Source of the DNA: Tubiluchus corallicola
Lineage: Eukaryota; Animalia; Priapulida
Direction: 5' to 3'
Assembly (NCBI GenBank): GCA_030141605.1
Contig: JAQGDQ010000060.1
Location: forward strand, 682,001 to 746,000
DNA length: 64,000 bases
Made by a program: the position numbers and the translations under genes. Under the pieces are notes generated by a model that ran no database searches, was not told the origin of the DNA, and saw only the letters and a program-made list of their open reading frames with translations. This document shows positions 12,826 to 25,984 of the stretch, piece by piece; the first letter of the stretch is position 1, and each line of letters opens with the position of its first letter.

Positions 12826-15800
12826 ATACCATTATCCATCTCTGCCGTCATATAGTTAGTATTTAAGACTTTGGGCTAGTCGTTTTACCTCACCAAAGAA
12901 AACATCAATATCAACCAGACAACAACTAACAAAATAGAAATCAAAGAAATTACCAAGCTGGCAGGAACTGAGACAGCAATGCAGCAAAAACTGGTCATAG
13001 TAAGCAAAGCCTCCATAGGGTATAGAATGTATAGTGACCAGTAGATTTTTAAAATGCAGAAACTAAAAGCAAATCATAGAATTTAATGGGAACCAAAGTT
13101 ATAAACATTTTTATTTGCTCTTGTCTAGGGTCTTTGGCTAATTGCGTTGTCAGCTTTATTATTATCATTAACTTTAAATATTTGGAGTTTTTAAATTTTG
13201 TATATATAGCAGGTTGTGCTTTTAAGCATTAACCAGAGGGAATTATGTTCTTAGATAGATGGATGGATGGAAATGTCTCTAATTGCCACAATAATATATA
13301 TGTAATATAAATTACAATTATACTTTGAAACGTATAATAAAAAACAGTATCAATGTACGCATGTTGTATGCTGAGTAATAATAATTATTTTTATTATAAT
13401 ACTTGATTAATGGCAATAGTGCATATATTATTACTATAAACTGATGAACTCGTAACTAACTAATTAATTAATGACTAATTAAATTACTAATATAAAAACG
13501 TAATGAGTTGATGAATCAGAATCCTAGACCACACCTTAAAATATATAAAAAACAAAAGACAAGATTAACGTAGAGCACAACAGGTAAGCATAGCTAGATA
13601 AAGGCTTGATGTCACTGCACAGAGCGCCAGATGATTTCATTATGAAGAAATGAAGGCGATCCTTAATGCTTTTAAAGCAAATGCTTAATGTTTGCTGTTG
13701 TTGTTTAACAGAAAACGCCTTAGCTTGAAATAACTTAAGATGTTTTGGTAAAGTAAAAACTTCTAGCCAAATTTTCCATTAATGTCTGAATCTGTCGAAT
13801 CCTAAATTGTTGAGACCTTTTATCACGGGCAGATCACTCGAAGCGTTTTATCATTGCTATTAATCATGGTTCAAATTTCGATAATATAAAAAGGAGTTAT
13901 AACTAAACTGAAGTGAAATACCCTGAGCTTTTAACCGATTTTACGCGGGATTTCAAGTAACTTTAAAGTGTTAAAAGGGAATTGTACTACAGTCCATGTG
14001 GCATTGCCATGACCGCTTCATTACTATACCCCACACTGGCAGGAAAATATGTATTATACATATGATATTAGATATGTCCTAATCAAGTCCTTAACGAATC
14101 AAATCAACATTTCCCAGCATTAGATTACTCACATACACTAGAGTATCCATACTAACTTTGCGATCTTCAAATTTTCTTGCGGCTAATGAATTATATATTA
14201 ATTTTGCAATCTTAATTTCAAGGTTAATAAAATATGTAACAAAACCATAATTGATTCTTGAAGAAAAGTACAGTAATAGCATGGTTGCAATTTCATACCA
14301 TTGCAAACTGAGTTGCCATTGTTACTTCATATTGTGTGTATGCGTATTTGAAGGTTTTCTATAAGATTAGAGTTGATTAGATTAGAACCGAATGGAGTTA
14401 GATTAGACCAGAAGCGGTGCTGTCAAACCACTGGCATAGCAGTGTCTAATTTTTTGTTGGATTGCTGTTGTTTTGTTTAAGTCCTGAAGTCTTGAACAAT
14501 AACTATAATTTATTTACCTGTATTTCTTTATCTATATTTCTTGTACTTTAGAATTCTATTTGCCCAATTGCTACAATTGATATAACGGGCATGTGATGAT
14601 GATGATCAGGTTGGACCAGCCTAGACCAGGCTAGAGAAAATTAGAACAAATCAGATTAGACATTTTTGACATTAAATTTTTTCTACTACTCTTAATTTAT
14701 AGTAATTGGATCGGTAACGATAATAACTTACTCATATTGTTGTTTTCTATTTTTACACTTTGTGACTGATTCTGTTATAAATCGAATTCATTTAGATTTG
14801 AAATGTTACCAGATTATTTAAACTGGGAACGAGTCGCGCGAAGTGGAGTATCGCATTAAACAGTTCAAAATTGTTCAAGATTTGTGGTCTTGCACTTACA
14901 TTGAGAGTAAGAAAACAAATACGAAAGTATTATTACAAGTGGAATAAAGTTTTTATTGAATTAGTTTATTTTAATTTAATTTTGCTAAAAGTTAAAATGG
15001 CATATTAAACTGAAAAAAATAAATTTATTTTAGTGGCTTCAGAGCGCATAGTTTACAAGTATGTTTGGATTGCAGAATAGTGTTAACGATAATAATTAAA
15101 AGTTATATAAAACTGTAAAACCCTTAGTCTTAGGGCCTTAGAAGTTAGAAGGTTCATTTAAAGGAAAAGTTAAGGCTGTAGGGAAGTTAGGCTTATTTTG
15201 ATATTTGAGAAAAAAATGTCAGAGAGTGTCAGCAATAAAGTGTGGCAAGTGCGTCTTGTAATTAATATAATAAAATCAATTTAATCATTTCACTCTTGGG
15301 CATCCTCGTTCTGAATGGAAAATGATGTCATCCGATCACCGTATTAAAAACCAGTTACCAACGATAATAACCTCTCACTTGGTTAGTTAACCTTGACAAA
15401 GTAACAAAATAATTTTTTTAACAAACCAAAACTGAACTCTATAGGCTAAATGCCCTCCTCCCCTGGGCACCTACTATATTCTCGCAGCCTCGCAGAATTC
15501 CCTGTTTATCTATAATTAGATTAGTAATTTATGCGTAGTACTTATACATTTGAATTATTATTGTGTGGACTAAAATTATATATGCGCTTTATAAGTTATT
15601 GCTAATTGATTCGATGACTAGTTTTTACTTAAACACAGTTCACCACAAAGATTTAGTCAGTTAGAATAGAGGAAGTGAGTGAACTGCAGAAGTTTTGTTA
15701 CACAAGCTTTTATGTGGTTTATTAGCTTATCCCATTTTTCTTCAAATGTTCCTGCAGCAAGGTTGGTTTGGCAGGAGAGAAAACCTTTTTTAAATTTCTT

Positions 15801-16647
15801 TTGCATATTTCAGCAAGCGATTTTATAGGCATTTATTGTGTGGTAGTTGCTGCTTAACTAACCGTACCAGTGTTAATTTGTTTCATAATGAAAAATTTTG
15901 AGAAATGCTGTTTTGTCTGTTAGAATTAATTATACATTTCTGATTTTAATTTTTGATTTTTTGCGAGAAAAATGCAAATAGGTTTAGCAGTATTTAACAT
16001 TGTTTATTTATTTATCGAAGCTGTTCACATTGTTTAGATAAAATGGAAATTTGGAACAATATTTGTTTAGAGGCTAACGTGTTATAATTGATATTATTTT
16101 AGGCAATAGCTTTCTATGCACAAGGCTGTACAAATGCTCAGTATTTGTTAAAGTAGTTGCTACTATTGATCTGCTTGTCCAAGATAAACATTGTGATTAA
16201 CAGTGCAGTTTTTTTGTTTTTTCTCTTCTTTTTTCTCCTCATCTCCTAAGTAATTGTTGCTCTTTCTCATACTTACTTTTTTTCTTAAATTTTTTTATAT
16301 TGCACTTTTTTGATACTTACTTTATCTCTCCATACTCTCAGTTTTTTAACTTTACTCACTAACCTTGGTCAAATTCCCTTGTTAATAAGACCCCTATTGT
16401 ATGACAATTACTGATTATTACCCTAATATTATATTATTACCCTGATTATTACCCTAATAATTACTGATTAATTGTATTGTTTTGTTTAGATTTAGGTATC
16501 TAACTTTATTATTTTTTGTTTTCACTACTTTTTTGATAATTTGTATCATTTATACTGTTTTTATTATTATTTTTTTCTTATTTGTTTTTTTGTTTTTGTT
16601 AGCTGCAGCATCACCATTTAATTTTAATATAGTAATCTATTTACAAG

Positions 16648-16705
16648 AAAGGGCAGGAGACTAGATGACCCTATGGTCCTTCCCTGCCCTGCTCCACGAT
16701 AATAA
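16648..16705 (+). mobile_element. Possible CR1-clade LINE/SINE 3' tail remnant
   Basis: GGAGACTAGATGACCCTATGGTCCTTCCCTGCCC followed by (ATA)n resembles the CR1 3' UTR stem-loop as I recall it. Confidence 0.35.
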
Positions 16706-16842
16706 TTACGTAATATTTAAAAAACTTTTTATGTCAAACTAAATGGAGAAAATAAATGTTCTATGTTTGAATAATATTGCGTAAAATTATATTCATGTGT
16801 CAACATCAGAGTTTGAACTTGTACTTTGCTGATTTTAGTATC

Positions 16843-19800
16843 ATGAAGGATGTAGAAGCTGATGCTAACTTGCAAGGATTTGAAGTGGACGAAGGCAATA
16901 GTGATCAGCAGAGTCTTTGTAACCAGTTGTTGGACAGTCAAGTAGTGTCAGAGTCTGCTTGCTGTCCACGAACATCTGACGGCATGTTCAATCGTGAAGC
17001 AGTGTCTTGTGTCGATGACACACAGGTACTGTGTATTGTTGTTAAAACGAATCTGGCTTGTAATGTATGCTTGAAATTTGGTATGTGTTTTTCCTTGTCT
17101 GGGAAATTGCCAGAAAGTAAACAGAATGGTTTGTTTAAAAACTAAAATTTTATAAATAGTGAGTTGTTTTGCTTTTTCACCCAAGCACCGCTTATTTAAT
17201 GATTACCAAATAAGGGTTACATATGAAGGACCCAATGGTCATATGATGAACTCACATCTTGCCAATTTTTGTTGTTTATCGTTATTTTTTGTACCTATTT
17301 TTAACCATGAATGTGAAATAAATCAATTTAAATCTATAATTTAAAATTTTTAAATGTTTAAAAATCTGAATCCATATCTGAGAGAAAGGTTATCCAGTTT
17401 AAAATTAATCCTGGCCCTTGTGTAAGAATTCATTTGCGCAAAAACTTGCAAAAATGCATTACAAACCCATAGTTATATAGTGATTTTTTATTAAAATTTG
17501 CAGAAAACCAGTAACTAAACCAATTTAATGTTAGTTTATGGTGCAGTAAAAATTCATTTTCAAAATGCTTGTGCTTTATACATCAAATTTTGTGCTTTAG
17601 ACAATAGTGTCCATATAACTTCTGTATTCAATAGTATCAAACACCTTATAATCTTTATAACTGTATGAAAAGTGGATGGATTTGCTGAACAATAACAAGT
17701 GTTGGTGTCTTGCACTGACTCATTTCAAACAGCAGAAAGACAAACAAACTGTAAGGAATTTGCTGTTTTCTAATTTATTAAAGTACCTCAAATAACAAGT
17801 TTGGTATGTTTATAGGTCAGCTATATTGGCCAAGACTGCGAAGAAATTCCATCCGAACTTGGAGAGTTGTATGGCAACCGAATGCGGCGATTGGACTTAA
17901 GCTACAATCTTATCAGGTAATTTTCATTTGCAGCTAAATAATTTTTAATATTCTCTTTATATTTAATCATTATGTATACTTATATTTACTCTTGCTAATA
18001 CAAAAAAATTATCCTTTTGCTTTTTGATTCTAGTGACTTATCAAAGCTAAACACGCAATTTCCAAACTTGGAAGAATTAATACTGGACAGCAATTGTATA
18101 GGAGATACAGTAACCATTCCTGCCTTGCCTCGACTAAAAACATTGACATTAAACAAAAACCAAATATCCTTTTCAAATGTTTTTAAAGGCTGTCGTTTAT
18201 TATCTATTCAGCTAGATAATCAGTGTTCTTCTGTGTGTACAGTGTTCCCTCGCTACTTCGCAGTTCGTTTATCGCTGACTAGCTGTTTCGCGGGTTTTCA
18301 ACAGTATTAGTGTAAAATATTTATCGCGGTATTTTCGCTGTCTCACTGGTTTTTGCGGTACTCCATCTAAAGTATTTTTGCACATGCATAGTACGTATTG
18401 TACAGTAATGTATAGAATTGCAGTAAATAGTGTATTTATTCGGCGGATGAATCCACACCAATAACGAAATATAGTACTTGCGCGCCCCTTTGAGATGCTA
18501 CTTGCCGACGTGAGATTGTACACAACACACGATTGGTTGATTGATGGAGACTTATAAAGACTTAAAATAATGTATAACTACTGCAATAAGTATAGCGTCC
18601 CTACTTGACAGAAATTCACTTATCGCGGGTGGTCCTGGAAAGGAACACCCGCGATAAGTGAGGGAACACTGTATAATGAGTTTTTATTTGTTATAATTTT
18701 TTTCAAAAGTTAAGATAAAGATTTCAGAGATGTACTTCGTCGTTTTGGAAAAAAACTTAGGTGTTAAACTGCGAATGACGATTGGAAAGGCATCCGTATT
18801 TGCTGATCAGAATAAAGTGAAAATTTGCTGCAGGTTGTTTCTTAATGGACTTTTGCATTTCACAATCAAACTAATTAAAATCTTCCAAAATGTCAGGATT
18901 ATTCAGGTGAATGCAATTAAATAGTTAGTTTTTTGTCATTTTTTATAGGAAATACCAAGCCTTCGGGAAAGATAATCTTATTTCAATGTTTGCAAAAATG
19001 TTAGAAGGATTTAATAATAAAACTGTGATAAGCGGCTCTTATATTTTGTAAAATCACTTTAAATTTGCGATCATTTCGTGCTTGGGTGCTCATATTTTTA
19101 TTTGAACACCCAGCGTGCTGCCAGTTTGTATCTAAAATACAATAAGTTTTTCAAAAAACCAGCACGAACATTAGGTAAGCTGCAGAAGTGTGAATTAGTT
19201 TAACCAGCGCGTGCCTACAGAAAGCCACAATGTTTTTACGAAAAGTCTACCAACTACGTCATAATTTTAAAGTGAATGGTACCACTGCGCCTGAAAATTT
19301 GTGTACAGCGGTAGTACAAATTAAATTTATGCTTTTCTTGCGTATATTTTTCCAAGTTAAAGTGATAACAGGAAAATAAATCCAACACACTGAGTGACTG
19401 GTTCTTTCCTTTAAAACAAAATCCTAATTTTCAGAGGCGCAAGTCAGATTTTTTATTGGCTAAACGTTTACGTCCATAATATAATATAATGTGAAAATGT
19501 GTCAGAAAGAACCATGAGAATGAAAAAGAAGAACTTTTTTTTTACGTCAGAATGGTAAATTGATGCAAAGTCGGGCAGCACAATTTCCTCTGCGAATTTG
19601 AAGCTGAGAGAAATTTCTGGGAACACAGGGGTACATCATAAGTGCATCTTCTGTTTGAATGTGCTCTGCCTGATTAACTGAATGAATAACTAACTAACAT
19701 AAACTAAACTAAACTTCAGTAACTAAACGACTTGATCAAATTTTGCTACCAATAAAAGCCAACAATGACAACAACAACGACCATGATGACTACAACGACA

Positions 19801-22800
19801 AAATGACGACAATGATGATAACGATAACTTTTATAACACACACCAGAAATTAACTCGTTAAGCGGATTAGGATTAGGGTTAGGTTTAAGGTTAGGTGAGG
19901 GTTAGAGTCAGAACTAGGGCTATGGTTAGGGTTAGGTATTTAAATTGTGTGGGGTGATGTTGTCCAGAGTTAAAGATGTCCTACAAGTTACAATTGCGCT
20001 GTACCTGACTGTCTAGGTACTGTTGTCTAGTTACTTTTGTAGGTATTGTGTATTAACACTTAGCACATATTTGTATTTTACATATATATCACCTTGTATG
20101 TTAAGCATGTACATTTGCTTGGATCTCAGTTTCCTTAACTGCTGCATACATTACTGATATTGAATCGTTTCTGGACAAAGTTAGTTCTCAGCTGCCTGCA
20201 TTGAGTTATCTCAGTTTGCTGGGTAATTCTGCATGTCCCAATCAACTTTCTTGTTCTGACAAAGATGAAGAAGACTATCAAAGATACAGGTAAAGATTTC
20301 CTTTATTGTTTTTGCGCGGGTGTTTATTAATGTGTATCTACGAACTACAAGATCTCCTGTATTGCCTTTGCTCGGGTGTTTATTAATGTGTATCTACAAA
20401 TACAAGATCTCCTGTATTGCCTTTGCTCGGGTGTTTATTAATGTGTATCTACAAACTACAAGATCTCCTTTATTGCCTTTGCTCGGGTGTTTATTAATGT
20501 GTATCTACAAACTACAAGATCTCCTTTATTGCCTTTGCTCGGGTGTTTATTAATGTGTATCTACAAACTACAAGATCTCCTTTATTGCCTTTGCTCGGGT
20601 GTTTATTAATGTGTATCTACAAACTACAAGATCTCCTTTATTGCCTTTGCTTGGGTGTTTAGTAATGTGTATCTACAAACTACAAGATCTCCTTTATTGC
20701 CTTTGCTTGGGTGTTTAGTAATGTGTATCTACAAACTACAAGATCTCCTTTATTGCCTTTGCTCGGGTGTTTATTAATGTGTATCTACAAACTACAAGAT
20801 CTCCTTTATTGCCTTTGCTCGGGTGTTTATTAATGTGTATCTACAAACTACAAGATCTCCTTTATTGCCTTTGCTTGGGTGTTTAGTAATGTGTATCTAC
20901 AAACTACAAGATCTCCTTTATTGCCTTTGCTTGGGTGTTTAGTAATGTGTATCTACAAACTACAAGATCTCCTTTATTGCCTTTGCTCGGGTGTTTATTA
21001 ATGTGTATCTACAAACTACAAGATCTCCTGTATTGCCTTTGCTCGGGTGTTTATTAATGTGTAACTACAAACTACAAGATCTCCTTTATTGCCTTTGCTC
21101 GGGTGTTTATTAATGTGTATCTACAAACTACAAGATCTCCTTTATTGCCTTTGCTCGGGTGTTTATTAATGTGTATCTACAAACTACAAGATCTCCTGTA
21201 TTACCTTTGCTCGGGTGTTTATTAATGTGTAACTACAAACTGCAAGATCTCCTTTATTGCCTTTGCTCGGGTGTTTCTTAATGTGTATCTACAAACTACA
21301 CGATCTCCTTTATTGCCTTTGCTCGAGTGTTTATTAATGTGTATCTACAAGCTACAAGATCTCCTTTATTGCCTTTGCTCGGGTGTTTATTAATATGTAT
21401 CTACGAATTACAGGCTGCATATTTTACGTTTCGGGAGACCGGGGAGGGGGGTTTAGTTATGAATTGGTTAAAGCTGTTTGCCTGACAAATAGATGGAATT
21501 ATGAGAATAAAGGCAAGATATACAGCAATGGATCACCTGCATTGTTTCTGGTTTATATTGTCGAGAGGTTTGCCGTAGTGGTGTTGATATGTGGAGTACT
21601 GTGCGTTGTTGCTAAACGTATATTTCAAAAACCACTGAGGAAGTTGTTCAGAAGTGCTGGCTTTGTACGATGGCTTTCTGATGATAAATCGTAATTTTTC
21701 ACGAAAAATACATTCCAGTTATTATGAATGCTGAAAAAGTGGGTAATAAATCATATCTAAATTAAGTGTGCGGATATTTTCAAAAGATATTATTGGCTTT
21801 AACCGCACATAAGCGAATTCATCATAAATTTCTTTCAACCTGTTACCTGTACAATTTGTGTTGCCATTTTCAGAAAAATGAAATTCAGCTATTAGACTAA
21901 TTTTGTTAATGAATTGGCTTTAAATCCTCTATTGTAGTTTGTATTTTTATTCACTTTTGTCAGGTATTTTGTGCTATATAAATTACCAAAGTTGAAATTT
22001 CTGGATTCGAGAGCTGTAACCAAAGAAGAGGTGACTGAAGCAAAGAGGATAGGCGAATACACCAAAGTGGTTAGATATATTCCTGATGATGGGGTAAATT
22101 TACATGAATTTTTTGTTAAAGGAAAACCGGATGATTGTGTAAACACGAGTTCAGAATAAAGAATGCTCTAAAACATTGAAAACTACAATAGCTTTTTTTA
22201 AATCAAAGCTTAGATTAAAATAATAATTACCTCGGATACTCAAATTTCGTTAAATTTTCAAAGCTACGCACGGTTCAGTGAATCTACTAAGACTGGCAAT
22301 GGCACCTTATTGTCTCATGCACGTGGCCGATAAATAGAAGGCGGTACCGTGATAAGCATGATCACGAACTGCAGTGTTAGTTTCTGTTGTCATATGATGT
22401 AGACCCCATTCTCGTGACATAGCGCATTTAAACTGTAACACTTACGCAAATGCCTGCCATTGCACAAACTGTGGTTAGTTTCTGACGTAGGCAATAGCTG
22501 TATTCGGTTGCCGTTAATTAACTTTCTAAGCTGACTGCTGCATTGCAGGTTTAATGTGCAGTTTTTTGTAAAGCAGGAATTGTCATTATTAGGTTTATAT
22601 CACATGCCTATTGCTAAACAAATCCTCACTACTAGGCTTAGAGCAACTTCAAACCAGTTTGTATGTAGGCCAGCTGCATTCACTTTTTTATGTCCATTTT
22701 TGTTTGCTGTTGTCACAGGAAGGAATTCAGGAAGCAACTGAAGCCATTGAAATCGACGGTCCGTATTCTCCCTTGCCAGACAGTGGGCGAAATGGAAAAC

Positions 22801-24878
22801 ACTACGGTACTTCTGAGTTCTCATTTTTACGATTCTCTAAACTGGCTGATAAGGTCCTGCCTCTGTCCCTTGAGGCAGATGGTTTAGCAGGTTCTCCCTG
22901 TTGATGCAAAGTGTTTTATCTAGAGAATGTTTTAGCATGTAAGTGATTAATCTGTGACACCATTTGACACAATAATATGGTAAAGAGTTGGCACTTAAAA
23001 ATACATTTTATTTGAACAGAGAATGGGTAGAGTACTGTCATCACACTTAAGTTGGTACTTCAGCTTATTACCCTAACAGATTGCAAATTTGCATGATCAT
23101 TTGGATTCCTGATTTGGAATTGACCTTGTAATGCTTACTACTTGTGTTGTTACTTTGAGCCTCTTATCGTTAATTTGTGCAACGTGCTTTCATAAATACA
23201 TGCTTTTTCTTCTGTTTTTGTGCTGTTGCAGTATCAGTATTTTTACCAGAAATTTGTTTAGTTGGGAACTCCAGCCTCCTTTGCTTTAACAGAAACTTCC
23301 TTCATTGGTAAATTACACTCATATCTCGGTTTGCCAGACAAAAGCGGGGTGACGTAAGTCCGATTGTTTGTATTTACCGATACTAAGTTAACACAGTAGG
23401 CGCTGTCTATTAGACTCACGGTAACGTAGAATCAATTGCCTAATTGTCTCAAAAACGTCTAGTATGTGCGCATTTCTATGCAAAAGTATACAAAAACTGT
23501 CGGCAATTGACTCAAATCACATAATTGACTCTAAATTTTTATATAGATATACACTTGATTACACTGAGGTAATATGTAAACAAAGTTATGGTCCGCCAAC
23601 TTAGCGGACAGCTCGCGAAACAGCGGACGGTGTTCATAGTAAGCGAGACTTTTACAGTCTAAATTTTGTCTGACTCTTGCGATATCCATAAAAGCGAGGC
23701 CCGGCAAACCGAGATATGAGGTTACTCAGAAGTGTTATATATAGGTTTTTAGATCTGTACTCACATTTCATTTTGAGTGTACTTCTTACCTGGTGCAGTA
23801 AAACTGTACGAATTTGAGGCAAATTGTACAAAACAAAATTTATTTTTCATTAACCCACTTCCTGCAGTACTTAATATACATTCACAGCAGCACGCAAGAT
23901 GAGGGTATGCATGATTGGTTAAGATATGTGTGACATGCTGTTTAAAACATAAAATTAGAGATTTATAGATTGGATCAGTATTATATTGTGTGCTAGGTGA
24001 AATGTATATTGTTACTCTGTTTGTGTTTGCTATTTTAAAATATCACATTTTGTTATCAGTAAGTTTGTGAGTTAATAAACTCAGTTTGTGTAAGAGTTAG
24101 TGAGTTTGCATGAGCTCATTTTGAAAAAATCTACTTTTTTTTTGGTAATCTAGTAAAAGGAATAAATTCCGGGTTTTATTAATGACACGCATTACAGTTG
24201 TTTATTTATCATTTGTTTATCATTTTTACTTGCAGATGGGTCGTTTAACGTTATTGATTAGGTTTTGATATAGGAGAATTAAGGCAGTAGTATACATAAT
24301 TGAAAGATAAAAACATCAAAAACAATTTGGAACTAAGTCTAGGAGGAAACATAAGGCTTTTGCGTCTGAGTCACAAGCTCAACATTTTAGACTATTTGTG
24401 TACATAGATCATTCTAGATTCAGTCGCTGATTCTAGATGAGCTCGGTGATTCTTCATGTATTTTCTAGTTTTTACTCGTATTATTTACTAACCAATTAGA
24501 TCAATTTTTTTTATTAATTTGAGTTCTACTAAGAAGTTGATGAGTGCTTTACTATCACGGAAACCTGCATGAGCTTCAGTGCCAAAATGTTATATTTTCA
24601 AGTCTGTAATGCAAAATAGTTGATTCAAATGACTCACATATATAAAATTTGTAACTCCTTGGTTCAAATGCAAACTCGGTTAAACATTTTTTGTTTCTTT
24701 GTATTTTTCCATAATTGCTTAAAAATGATTATAATTGTGTACTTATTTTATTTTAAAAGTTAATTCTCTTGTAATTACGTTCTATATAATTGTTTCAGCT
24801 GTATTCGGAGTCAGCAAATACGTTTATTACGGACGTCATTCAGAAGGAAATAGATTTATACGCAACCACGATTTGTGA
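16843..24878 (+). CDS. LRMDA: Leucine-rich melanocyte differentiation-associated protein (C10orf11) orthologue, about 283 aa. Exons 16843-17025, 17816-17916, 18034-18163, 20150-20289, 21964-22093, 22719-22806, 24799-24878
   Basis: Spliced translation: ...DTQ|[12 protein letters not shown]...RLDLSYNLI|...LEELILDSN...[13 protein letters not shown]|ITDIESFLD...[16 protein letters not shown]...[10 protein letters not shown]|[19 protein letters not shown]...|...YSPLP...|...[20 protein letters not shown], the recognisable LRMDA signature. 852 nt, frame continuous only if the third coding intron is AT-AC. Start codon choice (16843 vs 16984) is less certain. Confidence 0.92.
18164..20149 (+). other. 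U12-type (minor spliceosome) AT-AC intron of LRMDA
   Basis: 5' site ATATCCTTT at 18164-18172, branch site TTCCTTAAC at 20131-20139, terminal AC at 20148-20149; joins NKNQ|ITD in phase 0. Confidence 0.93.
18238..18673. mobile_element. Tc1/mariner (pogo/Tigger-like) MITE inside the U12 intron
   Basis: TA-flanked TIRs TACAGTGTTCCCTCGCTACTTCGC / GCGATAAGTGAGGGAACACTGTA; partial second copy at 54538-54694. Confidence 0.85.
20293..21412. repeat. 56-bp minisatellite, about 20 copies, starting at the LRMDA donor at 20290
   Basis: Unit GGGTGTTTATTAATGTGTATCTACAAACTACAAGATCTCCTTTATTGCCTTTGCTC. Confidence 0.97.
23314..23724. mobile_element. Tc1/mariner-type MITE, family B copy 1
   Basis: TIRs TACACTCATATCTCGGTTTGCCAG / CCGGCAAACCGAGATATGAGGTTA with TA ends; homologues at 40354-41022 and 53920-54322. 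Confidence 0.8.
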
Positions 24879-25249
24879 TGATGCATAATCGGTTAATGTT
24901 GAAAACTACGATCGACTATGGTGCAATAATTAGCATGCGTTAGATAATCATGAATCGTTCAAAACTGACTGCTTTTGTTTAGTTTGTAGTTTTTACATTT
25001 TGTGCGTTTTCTATAAATGTATATGAGGTAAAGTATTTTGTGTTGTTTTCATGACACTGGTGCTCAGAACTGGTTAAGATTTAAAGATAGTTTATTTTTT
25101 CTTTACAAATCATTTTACTGTAATTCATTTGCAGCTTAATTACGAAGAACTTTTGTGTGCTTAGGAAGTACTGTTTTTAACTTCGCTTGTTCATTTCAAG
25201 TAATAATGCATGTAGTAGCTTCATGTTTGAAGAAGGCTGGAAAGAAGCC

Positions 25250-25680
25250 TTTTCACGGTTCCAGCGATTAATGATGATTGTGACAAGGTCAAAGGTTAAC
25301 TGTACCAGACAACGCATTTGTGTACACTTGACAACACCTCGCAGCCCATGCTGTTGTAATACAGTAAGTGTCGTTTATTAGACTCACGGTTAATAGGCTC
25401 AGTCACTTAATTGACTCGAAAACACCTGGAACAGGCCGCTCCTATTGATATGTATATAAAAACTGTTGGTAATTGACTCAAATAACTCCGCATAACTGGC
25501 TCAATATTTTTACTTGAGTGACCAATGAGTTTTTACTGGTTTTATGTCATCTTTACATCGATATTGTGCACTATAATATACGTAGAAACAGTCATGTTAG
25601 ATACAGCTTTGTTTGTAAGCAGGTTCAGTATGTTTATCATGTGCGCTGATATGTTTGCATAGCGGTTTTGCTTTGAATCT
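25250..25680. repeat. Dispersed repeat fragment, related internally to MITE family B
   Basis: 25250-25362 matches 34000-34115; 25420-25680 matches 37600-37870 and the AATTGACTCAAAT core of family B. Confidence 0.6.
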
Positions 25681-25984
25681 GTCACACGCTTATCCGCTGC
25701 AGTTAACTGTGAAAAGGCTTATTCAGTTTGTAAAATCCACTTATGCCTATGTTAGGGATGTAAAAAATCTTTATATAGAAACATATCATTTTGAAAATGT
25801 TTTGTGTACTTTAGATGAAGACAAGATTACTGTCATGTGAAACTTGACTGAGCTTATGAGAGGTGACAATGTCTTTGTGTAAACTTAACAGCCCTTTTGT
25901 TTTTGCTTTAGAAAATGTACAGTTATATTGTCGTTGTGGTTATTTTGATAAGCATATTGTACTGACAGATTTGTATTGTTATCT

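Noticed and set aside
18009-18018. Second U12 donor-like TTATCCTTTT
   Set aside because: Lacks the AT/GT start and lies in the polypyrimidine tract of a normal GT-AG intron.
19865-19938. Telomere or interstitial telomeric array
   Set aside because: Only about 12 highly degenerate TTAGGG-like units in an intron; more likely part of a decayed repeat.
20293-21412. Regular arrays (also 1187-1766, 54693-55427, 57127-57517) as CRISPR
   Set aside because: Head-to-tail units with no unique spacers, no cas genes, eukaryotic intronic context.
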